Source: Candidatus Arcticimaribacter sp. (GTDB lineage Bacteria > Bacteroidota > Bacteroidia > Flavobacteriales > Flavobacteriaceae). From it: DNA of 57,946 nt. Shown one piece after another: positions 1-8,688 of the stretch; positions within the stretch are counted from its first letter, which is position 1, and every line of letters starts with the position of its first letter. Location of the stretch: assembly GCA_011526265.1 (NCBI GenBank), contig WTJN01000111.1:1-57946 (forward strand), in the 5' to 3' direction. The notes below the pieces were generated by a model. The model did not search any database, was not told where the DNA came from, and saw nothing but the letters and a program-made list of their open reading frames with translations. The translations under genes were made by a program, and so were the position numbers.

Positions 1-139
1 GAAACAATCGAAAAGGAAGCCCAAACAAGCGCACCAGCCATCTTGCTTTGCGGTGTGCTTTGTGCTTGATCTTTACGCGCATAAAGCGAGGGTCTTTTGA
101 ATTGTATTGTATGGGTTTTGATAAGTCGATGATTTTCAT
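1..139 (-). CDS. cyclase family protein (kynurenine formamidase-like metal hydrolase), 5' part; runs off the window edge
   Basis: Manual translation from ATG at 139 gives MKIIDLSKPIQYNSKDPRFMRVKIKHKAHRKARWLVRLFGLPFRLF..., open to base 1. The 'IIDLS' start is typical of the cyclase/KynB family. Confidence 0.6.
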   Translation of the reverse strand, partial: MKIIDLSKPIQYNSKDPRFMRVKIKHKAHRKARWLVRLFGLPFRLF

Positions 140-216
140 GTTCTAATATTTTTTGCTCCAAATATCGTAATTGAATACATACTCAATATTGCTATTCATT
201 TGATAGATGATCTTTT

Positions 217-1185
217 TCAATGTTGTTTGCTTTTGAAGACTTGATGAAGGAACGGGTGTTTTTTGAACGCTTGATACCCTCTGTCAAAACCACCAGCCAA
301 GACGTTGTGATCAAAAGAAAAAAGATTGGACAGGTAGGCCGCATCCGATTGAGGCATGTAGTAGTAGTGAACTTGAACGTTCCCTTCAATCTTTGCCAAG
401 AGTTGTGCAATTTGGCTGCTTTGCATTTCATTGGAAGTAATCATGGTATGAAGTAACTGCATAGAGATATTGCTTAGTGTGAGTTTTTTTTTCATGGCGA
501 GCGGTTTTTCTGGATAAAGACAAATGACATCAATATGCCGTACACCCCTTTGAAAAGCATGATCGACGGGTGTATTGTCCACCAGCCCGCCATCGACCCA
601 GATTTGACCTTCTTTTTCAAGGGGTTTCATAATGACCGGGACGGTGGAAGAAGCCCATATCCAATCCAGCATGTCCGAATAACTTTCGTTTTCCGAACAT
701 TTTACTACTTCTCTTTGTTGCCCAAAGTTGGTCGTAATGCAAAACAATTCGGTTTTCAACGACTTTAGCGCTTGATATTCTTTTTCGCTAATCATTTGCT
801 CGAGCAATAGTCTCAGTTTTTTTGTTTCTCCGAGTGAGTTGCGTCCAATTAGCCCTCGCCAAATGTTTTTAAAAAACTTGAAATTACCTTTTTTTGTAAG
901 GGGATTGACATTGTATACATCTCTATTGGTAATGTGCTGAAACAACGTTTCCAGCTGATCAAACTTTTTCAATGCAATAGGCCCCATAATGAGCGCCCCA
1001 GCGCTAGTACCACCATACAATCTGTAGTCACGCCCCGATTCGTACATGGCCTTTGCAAACCCCGCACCCCAGGCTGCTCGGGCACCACCGCCAGAAATGA
1101 TCAAGGCACGTTCATTCGTTGTTTGTGCAACACGCATATGGAAAAATAAAATAAAGCAAACCACAGTGTAGATTAATTTTTTCAT
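217..1185 (-). CDS. patatin-like phospholipase with N-terminal signal peptide
   Basis: SGGGAR glycine loop, GTSAG nucleophile elbow, DGG motif and a hydrophobic N-terminus. Confidence 0.88.
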   Translation of the reverse strand: MKKLIYTVVCFILFFHMRVAQTTNERALIISGGGARAAWGAGFAKAMYESGRDYRLYGGTSAGALIMGPIALKKFDQLETLFQHITNRDVYNVNPLTKKGNFKFFKNIWRGLIGRNSLGETKKLRLLLEQMISEKEYQALKSLKTELFCITTNFGQQREVVKCSENESYSDMLDWIWASSTVPVIMKPLEKEGQIWVDGGLVDNTPVDHAFQRGVRHIDVICLYPEKPLAMKKKLTLSNISMQLLHTMITSNEMQSSQIAQLLAKIEGNVQVHYYYMPQSDAAYLSNLFSFDHNVLAGGFDRGYQAFKKHPFLHQVFKSKQH

Positions 1186-1287
1186 TGAGAGATAAATAAG
1201 AAATGGTTGCTCACAATGTAATAAAAATTTGTGTAAAGTTCATTGCGAAAATTTCAATCGTTAATCTGCTTATTGTAACTTGCAGTT

Positions 1288-1941
1288 ATGAGCACAACCA
1301 ACGATTTAGGGCATTTGCGCAAGTCTTATGAAAAAGGCGCTTTGTCCGATGCTTTAAAAACTGAATCTCCCCTTGATTTATTTGAGCAATGGTTTGCAGA
1401 AGCGGAGGCTCACCCGGCTATCGAAGAGGCCAACGCCATGTCTATCGTTACCCTCGGGGAGGATCAATTTCCCAAAGCACGGGTGGTGTTGTTGAAGCAG
1501 TTTAGTGCGGAAGGATTTGTTTTCTATACCAACTACAAAAGCGAAAAGGGACGTGCCATACTCGCCTATCCCAAGGTGGGGGTCAGTTTTTTTTGGCCAG
1601 CTTTGGAGCGTCAAGTCATTGTAAAAGGCGTAGCCGAAAAAGTAGCTCCATCGGTTTCCGATGCTTACTTTTCCTCCCGTCCATTGGGCAGTCAACTGGG
1701 CGCAATGGCCTCTATGCAGAGTGAAGTGATCCCTTCGCGTGAAGCCTTGGAAGCGCAATTGGCCGCCTTAGAAGAAAAGTATACTCATCAAGCGCCACAA
1801 CGTCCCGATCACTGGGGAGGGTTATTGGTGCGTCCACAAACCATAGAATTTTGGCAGGGGCGTCCAAATCGTTTGCACGACCGTTTGCAGTTTCAGTTGG
1901 GGGAAGACGACCGCTGGACGGCCCAGCGCTTGTCGCCATAA
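1288..1941 (+). CDS. pdxH: pyridoxamine 5'-phosphate oxidase
   Basis: ARVVLLK, FYTNYKSEKG, EFWQGRPNRLHDR and C-terminal RLSP. Confidence 0.97.
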   Translation: MSTTNDLGHLRKSYEKGALSDALKTESPLDLFEQWFAEAEAHPAIEEANAMSIVTLGEDQFPKARVVLLKQFSAEGFVFYTNYKSEKGRAILAYPKVGVSFFWPALERQVIVKGVAEKVAPSVSDAYFSSRPLGSQLGAMASMQSEVIPSREALEAQLAALEEKYTHQAPQRPDHWGGLLVRPQTIEFWQGRPNRLHDRLQFQLGEDDRWTAQRLSP

Positions 1942-1996
1942 GCACCAAAAGCGGTAAACGTTTTGTTCTGCTCGGTCTAAAAAACAATATTTTCGC

Positions 1997-2488
1997 ATGA
2001 AAGAAATCCTTTTTTTACGCCATGCCAAATCCTCTTGGGAGTATGCTGTCTCCGATCGCGACCGACCTTTGCAGCCAAAGGGGATCCATGCCATTAAAGC
2101 CGTAGCGAAACATTGGAAAGAGAAATTTAGTACTTACGAAGTGATACTTAGCAGTCCTGCGAACCGTGCCTTGTACACTGCCACCTTGTTGGCGCACGAA
2201 ATAGGCCATTCGTTTTCGCAGTTTTTCCTCAAGGAAGGGCTCTATAGTTTTAGCGCACCCGACATTATTCATCAAGTCAAACAACTGCCGTTCCAATACG
2301 ATAAAGTGATTGTGGTGGGGCATAACCCCGCCTTGAGCGCTGCAGCAGATTATTTTTGTGTTAAGCCTATGCCTGTGTTAAAAACGGCTGATTGGATTTC
2401 AATTACCTTTGCAGTCAGCGACTGGAAAGGCATTACGTATGGGGAAGCCGAATATGGTTCAAAAAAAGAAGCATTGCTCAACCAATGA
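1997..2488 (+). CDS. sixA: SixA-type phosphohistidine phosphatase
   Basis: LRHAKS, DRDRPL, SSPANRA and VGHNP motifs. Confidence 0.85.
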   Translation: MKEILFLRHAKSSWEYAVSDRDRPLQPKGIHAIKAVAKHWKEKFSTYEVILSSPANRALYTATLLAHEIGHSFSQFFLKEGLYSFSAPDIIHQVKQLPFQYDKVIVVGHNPALSAAADYFCVKPMPVLKTADWISITFAVSDWKGITYGEAEYGSKKEALLNQ

Positions 2489-4551
2489 AAGATAACCGAT
2501 ACATTAACCGTGAATTAAGCTGGCTCGACTTCAACGCAAGGGTTTTGCAAGAAGCCGCTGACCCTAATGTTCCCCTGATTGAGCGTTTTCGTTTTATGGG
2601 CATTTTCTCCAACAACCTCGACGAATTTTTCAAGGTGCGTTATGCCACAGTCAAACGCATTGCGCAGTCCGAAAAATCGGGAAAAAGAGCCTTGGGAGGG
2701 GTCAAAGCTACCGAACTATTGGCCGCCATAACCGAAAGGGTTATTGAACTGCAGCAGGAAAGCGCCAAAGTATTGGAGGAAATCGAAGGGGAGTTGGTGC
2801 GTGAAAACATCCATTTTTTACGAGAAAATGAAGTCACTGCACCGCAAGCAGAATTTTTGACCCATTACTTCCTCCAGCAGGTGAGCCCGGCTTTGGTTAC
2901 GGTGATTTTGAAAGAAGAGGAACAAGATTTTTCCGACAACCAGGCTTTTTTGGCCATTAAAATGCTGTTAAAGAAAAAGGATGAATCTGGGCAAAACAAG
3001 CGCATGTACGCCTTTATCGAAATGCCCAAGTCGGTCAACCGCTTTGTGGTCTTACCCTCCAACGGAGACAAACAGTATATCATGATGTTGGACGATTTGA
3101 TTCGATATCATTTTCATCTCATCTTTAGCATGTTTAGTTATGAAAAGATCGAGGGGCATATGGTGAAAATTACTCGCGATGCCGAGCTGGACATCGAAGA
3201 AGACGTAGGGAAAAGCTATGTGGAAAAAATCATCGACAGTGTAAATGACCGTTTGGTGGGAGATCCCGTGCGTTTGGTCTATGACAAAACCATCGAGGAA
3301 GAAACCTTGGCGGTAGTCATGCGCAAATTGGGGGTTTCTTCTAGCGATAGCTTGATCCCCGGAGGCCGCTACCATCACCGTCGCGATTATATGAAATTCC
3401 CCAGCATCAATCGCAAAGACTTGCTCTACGATGCCTTTCCTCCCTTGCCTTTGCACGATCTTTCCTTAGAGCAAAATATATTGGAGGCCGTCGCTGCGAA
3501 GGACTATATGATCTATACGCCTTATCAAAATTTCGCTTATGTGATCAAATTTTTGCGGGAGGCTGCCCTGGACCCACAAGTGAAAACCATAAAGATCACC
3601 CTTTATCGGGTCGCGGAAATTTCGCAGGTAGCCAGTTCGCTTATCAATGCTGCCAAAAACGGAAAAAAGGTATTGGTGCAAATCGAGCTGCAAGCCCGTT
3701 TTGACGAAGAAAACAATATTCAAGTCGCCGAATTACTCGAAAAAGCAGGGGTGCAGCTCATTTTTGGGGTGCCGGGCTTAAAGGTGCATACCAAGATTTG
3801 TGTGGTAGAACGCAGTGAAGGGAAAAAATTAAAGCGATACGGTTTCATTAGCACCGGGAACTTTAACGAGTCTACAGCCCGTATTTATACCGACTACACC
3901 TTGTTTACTTCCCACCAAAAGATTTTGAAAGACGTTTTAAAGGTTTTTAACTTTTTAGAAGTCAACTATAAGATCAAAAAGTACAAGCATCTTATCGTCT
4001 CTCCACACTATACTTTTGCTGCTTTAATCCGCTTGATTGATAACGAAATAGAAAATAAGAAAGCAGGGAAGGTCGCCCGCATTCGCTTAAAGCTCAATAA
4101 TATTACGAACTATAAAATCATCGATAAGCTGTACGACGCAAGTCGTGCTGGTGTGCAAATTGATATGATTGTTCGCGGGGTATGTTGTTTGATCCCTGGG
4201 GTGGAGGGAATGAGTGAAAACATTCGGGTGATTTCGGTCATCGATAAATTTTTAGAACATCCAAGGCTATATATTTTTGAAAATGCCGGCGACACTAAAG
4301 TGTATATTTCATCGGCCGATTTGATGACACGTAACATCCATAATCGTGTCGAAGTGGCCTGTCCCATTTTGGATCAAACATTGAAACAAGAAGTGTTGGA
4401 AACCTTTACCATCAGTTGGAAAGACAATGTCAAAGCCCGAAAGGTGAACACAGAGGTTCAAAATGCTTTTGTTGAAAACGATCAACAGCCCATTCGTTCC
4501 CAATGGGAAACCTATGCCTATTACAAAGCCAAACTGAAGCATGAAAATTGA
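2485..4551 (+). CDS. ppk1: polyphosphate kinase 1
   Basis: YINRELSWLDFNARVLQEA, NLDEFF, KVHTK and FLEHPR. Start placed at ATG 2485, an ATGA overlap with the sixA stop. Confidence 0.97.
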   Translation: MKDNRYINRELSWLDFNARVLQEAADPNVPLIERFRFMGIFSNNLDEFFKVRYATVKRIAQSEKSGKRALGGVKATELLAAITERVIELQQESAKVLEEIEGELVRENIHFLRENEVTAPQAEFLTHYFLQQVSPALVTVILKEEEQDFSDNQAFLAIKMLLKKKDESGQNKRMYAFIEMPKSVNRFVVLPSNGDKQYIMMLDDLIRYHFHLIFSMFSYEKIEGHMVKITRDAELDIEEDVGKSYVEKIIDSVNDRLVGDPVRLVYDKTIEEETLAVVMRKLGVSSSDSLIPGGRYHHRRDYMKFPSINRKDLLYDAFPPLPLHDLSLEQNILEAVAAKDYMIYTPYQNFAYVIKFLREAALDPQVKTIKITLYRVAEISQVASSLINAAKNGKKVLVQIELQARFDEENNIQVAELLEKAGVQLIFGVPGLKVHTKICVVERSEGKKLKRYGFISTGNFNESTARIYTDYTLFTSHQKILKDVLKVFNFLEVNYKIKKYKHLIVSPHYTFAALIRLIDNEIENKKAGKVARIRLKLNNITNYKIIDKLYDASRAGVQIDMIVRGVCCLIPGVEGMSENIRVISVIDKFLEHPRLYIFENAGDTKVYISSADLMTRNIHNRVEVACPILDQTLKQEVLETFTISWKDNVKARKVNTEVQNAFVENDQQPIRSQWETYAYYKAKLKHEN

Positions 4552-5428
4552 ACGTTATGCCGCCATAGATATCGGCTCGAATGCTGTGCGCATATTGATT
4601 TCCAATGTTGTGACTGCCCCGGACATATCGCCAAAGTTTATGAAAAGTTCATTGGTCCGCGTTCCCATTCGGTTGGGAGAGGATTCCTTTACTATTGGAG
4701 AAATCTCGCCGCAGAACTTGAAAAGAATGGTCAAGGCAATGAAGGCCTTTAAGTTGATCATGAAGGTCAATAATGTGAAGCATTATATGGCTTGTGCTAC
4801 TTCGGCCTTACGAGAAGCCACGAATGCGGCACAGGTGGTCGATACTGTGCAGAAAAAAACAGGGGTGAAAATCCAAATCATCGATGGTAAACGCGAAGCA
4901 GAGATGATCTCGACGTCCAATCAGTTTGCCTCCATAAAGAAAAATCGCACCTTTTTGTTCATCGATGTAGGGGGAGGGAGCACCGAGTTCTCTATCCTTG
5001 AAAACGGAGAGCGTTTGGCGTCCAAATCATTCAAAGTGGGGACAGTACGCATGTTGAATAACTTGGTAAGTCCACGCGTTTGGGAGGAAATAAAATTATG
5101 GATTGACGCGCATACAAAGGCCTACCCCAAATTGGCTTTGCTCGGATCTGGGGGGAATATAAACAAGTTATTTAAGATCGCAGGCATCAAAGAAGGACGC
5201 CCTTTGACTGCGATAAAATTGAACACTTTGTACAGCCATTTGAGTGGACTCACCTATGAGGAACGTATTTTAAAATACGAGCTGAATCCAGATCGTTCGG
5301 ACGTGATTATTCCCGCGTCACAAATCTTTCTAAAAGCATTGCACTGGAGTGGGGCGAGTGAAATTTATGTGCCTAAAATTGGGCTTTCGGATGGAATGAT
5401 AAAGGTCTTGTATCGGGAAAACAATTAG
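4541..5428 (+). CDS. ppx: exopolyphosphatase (Ppx/GppA family)
   Basis: AAIDIGSNAVR, ATSALREA and DVGGGSTE; follows ppk1. Confidence 0.92.
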   Translation: MKIERYAAIDIGSNAVRILISNVVTAPDISPKFMKSSLVRVPIRLGEDSFTIGEISPQNLKRMVKAMKAFKLIMKVNNVKHYMACATSALREATNAAQVVDTVQKKTGVKIQIIDGKREAEMISTSNQFASIKKNRTFLFIDVGGGSTEFSILENGERLASKSFKVGTVRMLNNLVSPRVWEEIKLWIDAHTKAYPKLALLGSGGNINKLFKIAGIKEGRPLTAIKLNTLYSHLSGLTYEERILKYELNPDRSDVIIPASQIFLKALHWSGASEIYVPKIGLSDGMIKVLYRENN

Positions 5429-6015
5429 CCGTGCATGGTTTCTTTTTTCCCAAGATCTTTCATCAACTCCGCCTCGAATTCCAGAAGTGCTTCCCATTTT
5501 TGATCCACTTCTGCACGGTTCTTTCCATACTGTCGTGCAAAACGTAAAAAAGTGGTGTAATGGTTGGCCTCAGAAATCATGAGTTTTCGATAAAATCGGG
5601 CCAGCTTTTGATCTTCTAGTTCCTCACTCAACAAGCGAAAGCGTTCACAGCTTCTCGCTTCGATCAACGCGGCATAGAGGAGCTTGTGTACCAGATGGTC
5701 TTCACGACTTCCTCCTTTCTTGAAAAAGGTCATTAATCGCACCACATATTCGTCTTTTCGTTCGCGCCCTAGGGTCAGTCCTCGTTCAATAATGAGCTCG
5801 TGAACCATTTTAAAGTGGCTCATTTCTTCTTGCACCAAGGCAATCATTTCGGTCACGAGTTCTGTTTTTTCTGGGAACCCTATGATAAGGGATATCGCCG
5901 AGCTTGCTGCTTTTTGTTCGCAATAGGCGTGATCCGTTAAAATTTCTTCAATGTTTTTTGATACGATATCCACCCATCGCGGGTCTGTGGGTAATTTTAG
6001 TCCAAGCATGCTCAT
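5425..6015 (-). CDS. miaE: tRNA-(ms2io6A) hydroxylase
   Basis: DHAYCEQKAA, EEMSHF, IEARSCERF and SEANHY di-iron motifs. An alternative start lies at 6009. Confidence 0.92.
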   Translation of the reverse strand: MSMLGLKLPTDPRWVDIVSKNIEEILTDHAYCEQKAASSAISLIIGFPEKTELVTEMIALVQEEMSHFKMVHELIIERGLTLGRERKDEYVVRLMTFFKKGGSREDHLVHKLLYAALIEARSCERFRLLSEELEDQKLARFYRKLMISEANHYTTFLRFARQYGKNRAEVDQKWEALLEFEAELMKDLGKKETMHG

Positions 6016-6689
6016 AGATCTAAGTCTAGGGTTTTCTTTAAATGATCGATTTCAGGATTGATTTCTCTCAATCGGTTGTATTTTTCTTCTGGGGTGTACA
6101 CAAAGTTTTTTTGCTCGCTTTCAACGACTTCGACATGGATGACAACAGCAAAATTTTGAAGGGCCTTGCGTAGATAGGGTAAAAAGTAGACAAATTCTCG
6201 TTCAATTTCAACCTTGTTGAGCGATGACGGTACTTGATAAAGCACGGTGTTTTTGTTGGTGAGTTGTGGAGTGTCAAGCTGAAAAAGGGAGGCGATGTTA
6301 TTCTCGTTGGCATCTACTTTTTGTTGGTGATAGGCTTGCCAATGTTGGTTCAGGGTGTTCTGGTCAAAAGGCTGTTCGGGCAGATCTTCTTCAACAGTTT
6401 CTTTTTGTTGCTGTTGTTCCCATTGTTTTTTTCGTGTGATGCTTGCCAAGGAAAAGGAGGAAACACTAGAACTGGATGTAGCTTCCTTTTGTTTGTTGGG
6501 TAGGGTTGGGGGAGTAGATGGCGGTTCTGGAACAGAAGAAGTGCTTACTGAGTGGGACGGCTCAGTTGGCTTGGTAGTTTGATCACCCGTATCAGGAACA
6601 GAAGTAGTCTCCGTTGGAGGACTTTTTTCTTCTTTCACTCTTGTGGGGGTAGTTTTCTGAAGGAAATAGGTCGTGGGTATTAACTCACC
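6012..6689 (-). CDS. dnaX: DNA polymerase III tau C-terminal part, in the -1 frame relative to the dnaX N-terminal ORF
   Basis: The frame is open from the A-run: KKK-GELIPTTYFLQK, then a P/T/S-rich linker, then YTPEEKYNRLREINP...LDLDL, which resembles Bacteroidota DnaX C-termini. Its stop overlaps the miaE ATG. Confidence 0.82.
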   Translation of the reverse strand, partial: GELIPTTYFLQKTTPTRVKEEKSPPTETTSVPDTGDQTTKPTEPSHSVSTSSVPEPPSTPPTLPNKQKEATSSSSVSSFSLASITRKKQWEQQQQKETVEEDLPEQPFDQNTLNQHWQAYHQQKVDANENNIASLFQLDTPQLTNKNTVLYQVPSSLNKVEIEREFVYFLPYLRKALQNFAVVIHVEVVESEQKNFVYTPEEKYNRLREINPEIDHLKKTLDLDL

Positions 6690-7762
6690 TTTTTTTTTTC
6701 TCCACTGAAGTGGAGGGAGGCCAACTGCATCAAGCAGAGTTCTACATGGAGTCGTTTGTTTTGCGCATTCCTGAAATTCAATTCACATTGGGTGCCCAAT
6801 TCGAGGGCGTCACTCAACCATTCGACGGACAACGTTTCTGATTGTTGTGCGATGTGGGACTGTGTTTTTTCGCTCATTTCCAGTAAAGCGACTGTACGTG
6901 GGTCTTTGCACAGATAGAGGTTACGAAGATGCGTTGTCAAGCCAGCGAGGAAATCTTCTCCATCAAAGCCACGACTTACAATGGCATCATATTTCAAAAG
7001 GATTTCCGGAATGGAATGTGCAACACAAAGTTGTACAAAATCGATATAGGTACTGTGATCGAGCACATTGAGGTTTTCTGCAACGGCGCTCAAGGTCAAG
7101 TTGTTTTGACAAAAACTACACATTCGATCAAAAATAGACAGTGCGTCCCGCATGGCGCCGTCTGCCTTTTGTCCAATGAGATAAAGTGCCTCTTCTTCGT
7201 AAGCAATTTGGTTTTTGTCGGCGATTTCACTCAAGTATCCTTGCACATCTTCGGGAGTGATTCGCTTAAAATCAAAAATTTGACAACGGGATAAAATCGT
7301 AGGGATGATCTTATTTTTTTCTGTGGTGGCCAAAATGAAAATGGCGTGTTTTGGCGGCTCTTCAAGGGTTTTGAGAAAGGCATTGAAGGCCGAGACCGAG
7401 AGCATATGCACCTCATCAATGATATACACTTTGTACGATCCAATTTGCGGTGGGATCCGTACTTGGTCGTTCAGGTTGCGGATATCATCAACAGAGTTGT
7501 TGGACGCGGCATCAAGTTCAAAGATATTGAAGGCAAAATCCTGTTCTTCTGTCTGTCCAGCATCACTTTGGTTGATTTTTTTGGCCAAAATTCGTGCGCA
7601 AGTCGTTTTCCCTACCCCTCTAGGGCCGCAGAAAAGCAAGGCTTGCGGCAATTTATTTTTGGCAATGGCGTTTTCTAGGGTTTGTGTAATGGCGGTTTGA
7701 CCAACAACATCTGCAAACTGTTGTGGGCGATATTTGATTGCCGAAACCACGAAATTTTCCAT
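6680..7762 (-). CDS. dnaX: DNA polymerase III gamma/tau clamp-loader core (360 aa in zero frame)
   Basis: KYRP, GPRGVGKTT Walker A, ELDAASNNSVDDIR, IIDEVHML, LKTLEEPP and SRC. Confidence 0.97.
   Translation of the reverse strand: MENFVVSAIKYRPQQFADVVGQTAITQTLENAIAKNKLPQALLFCGPRGVGKTTCARILAKKINQSDAGQTEEQDFAFNIFELDAASNNSVDDIRNLNDQVRIPPQIGSYKVYIIDEVHMLSVSAFNAFLKTLEEPPKHAIFILATTEKNKIIPTILSRCQIFDFKRITPEDVQGYLSEIADKNQIAYEEEALYLIGQKADGAMRDALSIFDRMCSFCQNNLTLSAVAENLNVLDHSTYIDFVQLCVAHSIPEILLKYDAIVSRGFDGEDFLAGLTTHLRNLYLCKDPRTVALLEMSEKTQSHIAQQSETLSVEWLSDALELGTQCELNFRNAQNKRLHVELCLMQLASLHFSGEKKKVS
6689..6715 (-). other. candidate recoding site: hairpin followed by A10 / A_AAA_AAG
   Basis: The minus strand reads CTCCAC-TTCA-GTGGAG-A10-G at the junction of the two dnaX frames. 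Confidence 0.72.
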
Positions 7763-7840
7763 CGAGAATAAAAGTAAAAAAAGAACCGATGAAAATACCC
7801 TTAATACAGCGGCAGGAAAGAGAAATTATTAACAATGCAT

Positions 7841-7848
7841 TACCTTTG
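7841..7848 (+). promoter_or_regulatory. Bacteroidota -7 promoter element for rnpB
   Basis: TACCTTTG matches TAnnTTTG and lies 4 nt before the rnpB P1 helix. Confidence 0.7.
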
Positions 7849-7852
7849 TTTC

Positions 7853-8150
7853 AAAGCAGGTCTCTTATCGCTGTTCGCCATTCTGGCGGATGGAGGAAAG
7901 TCCGGACACCATAGAGCAGTATAGCGGGTAACGCCCGTCGTCAGCTATTGCTGATAGGACCAGTGCAACAGAAAGAATGTACAGTTCGGCTGTAGTGAAA
8001 TCAGGTAAACTCTATACGGTGCAACGCTAAGTATATCTGTGCTTGAGAGCGGCTCGTTCGATGCAGAAGGGTAAGCGGTTTGACCTTGTGAGTAATTGCA
8101 AGGCTAGATAAATGATAAGACACGACAGAATCCGGCTTATGGCCTGCTTT
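7853..8150 (+). ncRNA. rnpB: RNase P RNA, bacterial class A
   Basis: GAGGAAAGTCCG, AGTGCAACAGAAA and ACAGAATCCGGCTTA conserved blocks; the ends AAAGCAGGTC and GGCCTGCTTT pair as P1. Confidence 0.97.
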
Positions 8151-8688
8151 ATTTTTTACTATAAAATGCAAAACTGCTATTGCCATAGCGGCGTGTTTCC
8201 AGACAGTTTTCTCGGGGAGTTAAGGTTTTGTGCTTGTCGTGTTCAAGCACAAAAACACCATCAGGACGCAACAGAGACCCACCCGTGACTTTTTCGATCA
8301 ACGCATCCAATTCTTGTGTGGAGAACGCATAAGGAGGATCGGCAAAAACAAAATCAACCTGTAGGGGTGTTTTTTCAATGAAAGGAAGAACGGCTTGTTT
8401 GACGACTTTGATGGGTAATTCGAGTTGATTTGTGGTCTTGTATATAAAGCGTGTGCAATGGGAGTTTTGATCCACAGCAGTGACTTCTGGAACCCCTCTT
8501 GATGCCAGTTCGTAGGCGATATTGCCTGTGCCCGAAAACAAGTCCAAAGCAGTGATTTCGTCCCAATCAAAATAATGGTTTAATATATTGAATAAAGCCT
8601 CTTTCGCCCGGTCGGTAGTGGGGCGAACGGGCAATTGTTTTGGCGCCGTCAACCGCCGTCCTTTCAAATGTCCCGAGATGATTCTCAT
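8149..8688 (-). CDS. rsmD: 16S rRNA m2G966 methyltransferase
   Basis: MRIISG, RPTTDRAKEALFN, LDLFSGTG and DPPY. Confidence 0.94.
   Translation of the reverse strand: MRIISGHLKGRRLTAPKQLPVRPTTDRAKEALFNILNHYFDWDEITALDLFSGTGNIAYELASRGVPEVTAVDQNSHCTRFIYKTTNQLELPIKVVKQAVLPFIEKTPLQVDFVFADPPYAFSTQELDALIEKVTGGSLLRPDGVFVLEHDKHKTLTPRENCLETRRYGNSSFAFYSKK

Noticed and set aside
1-1185. Patatin plus 'cyclase' as a CBASS-like anti-phage system
   Set aside because: The partial gene resembles the KynB-like hydrolase family, not a CD-NTase, and the patatin has a signal peptide, unlike CapV.
2392-2484. 31-aa N-terminal extension of Ppk1
   Set aside because: It overlaps sixA by about 100 nt from a TTG. ATG 2485 forms a standard ATGA coupling and gives the usual N-terminus.
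6012-6638. Independent 208-aa gene from GTG 6638, or dnaX as a pseudogene
   Set aside because: The frame stays open upstream to the A-run, the sequence resembles a tau C-terminus, and dnaX is essential. Recoding or a homopolymer error explains it better.
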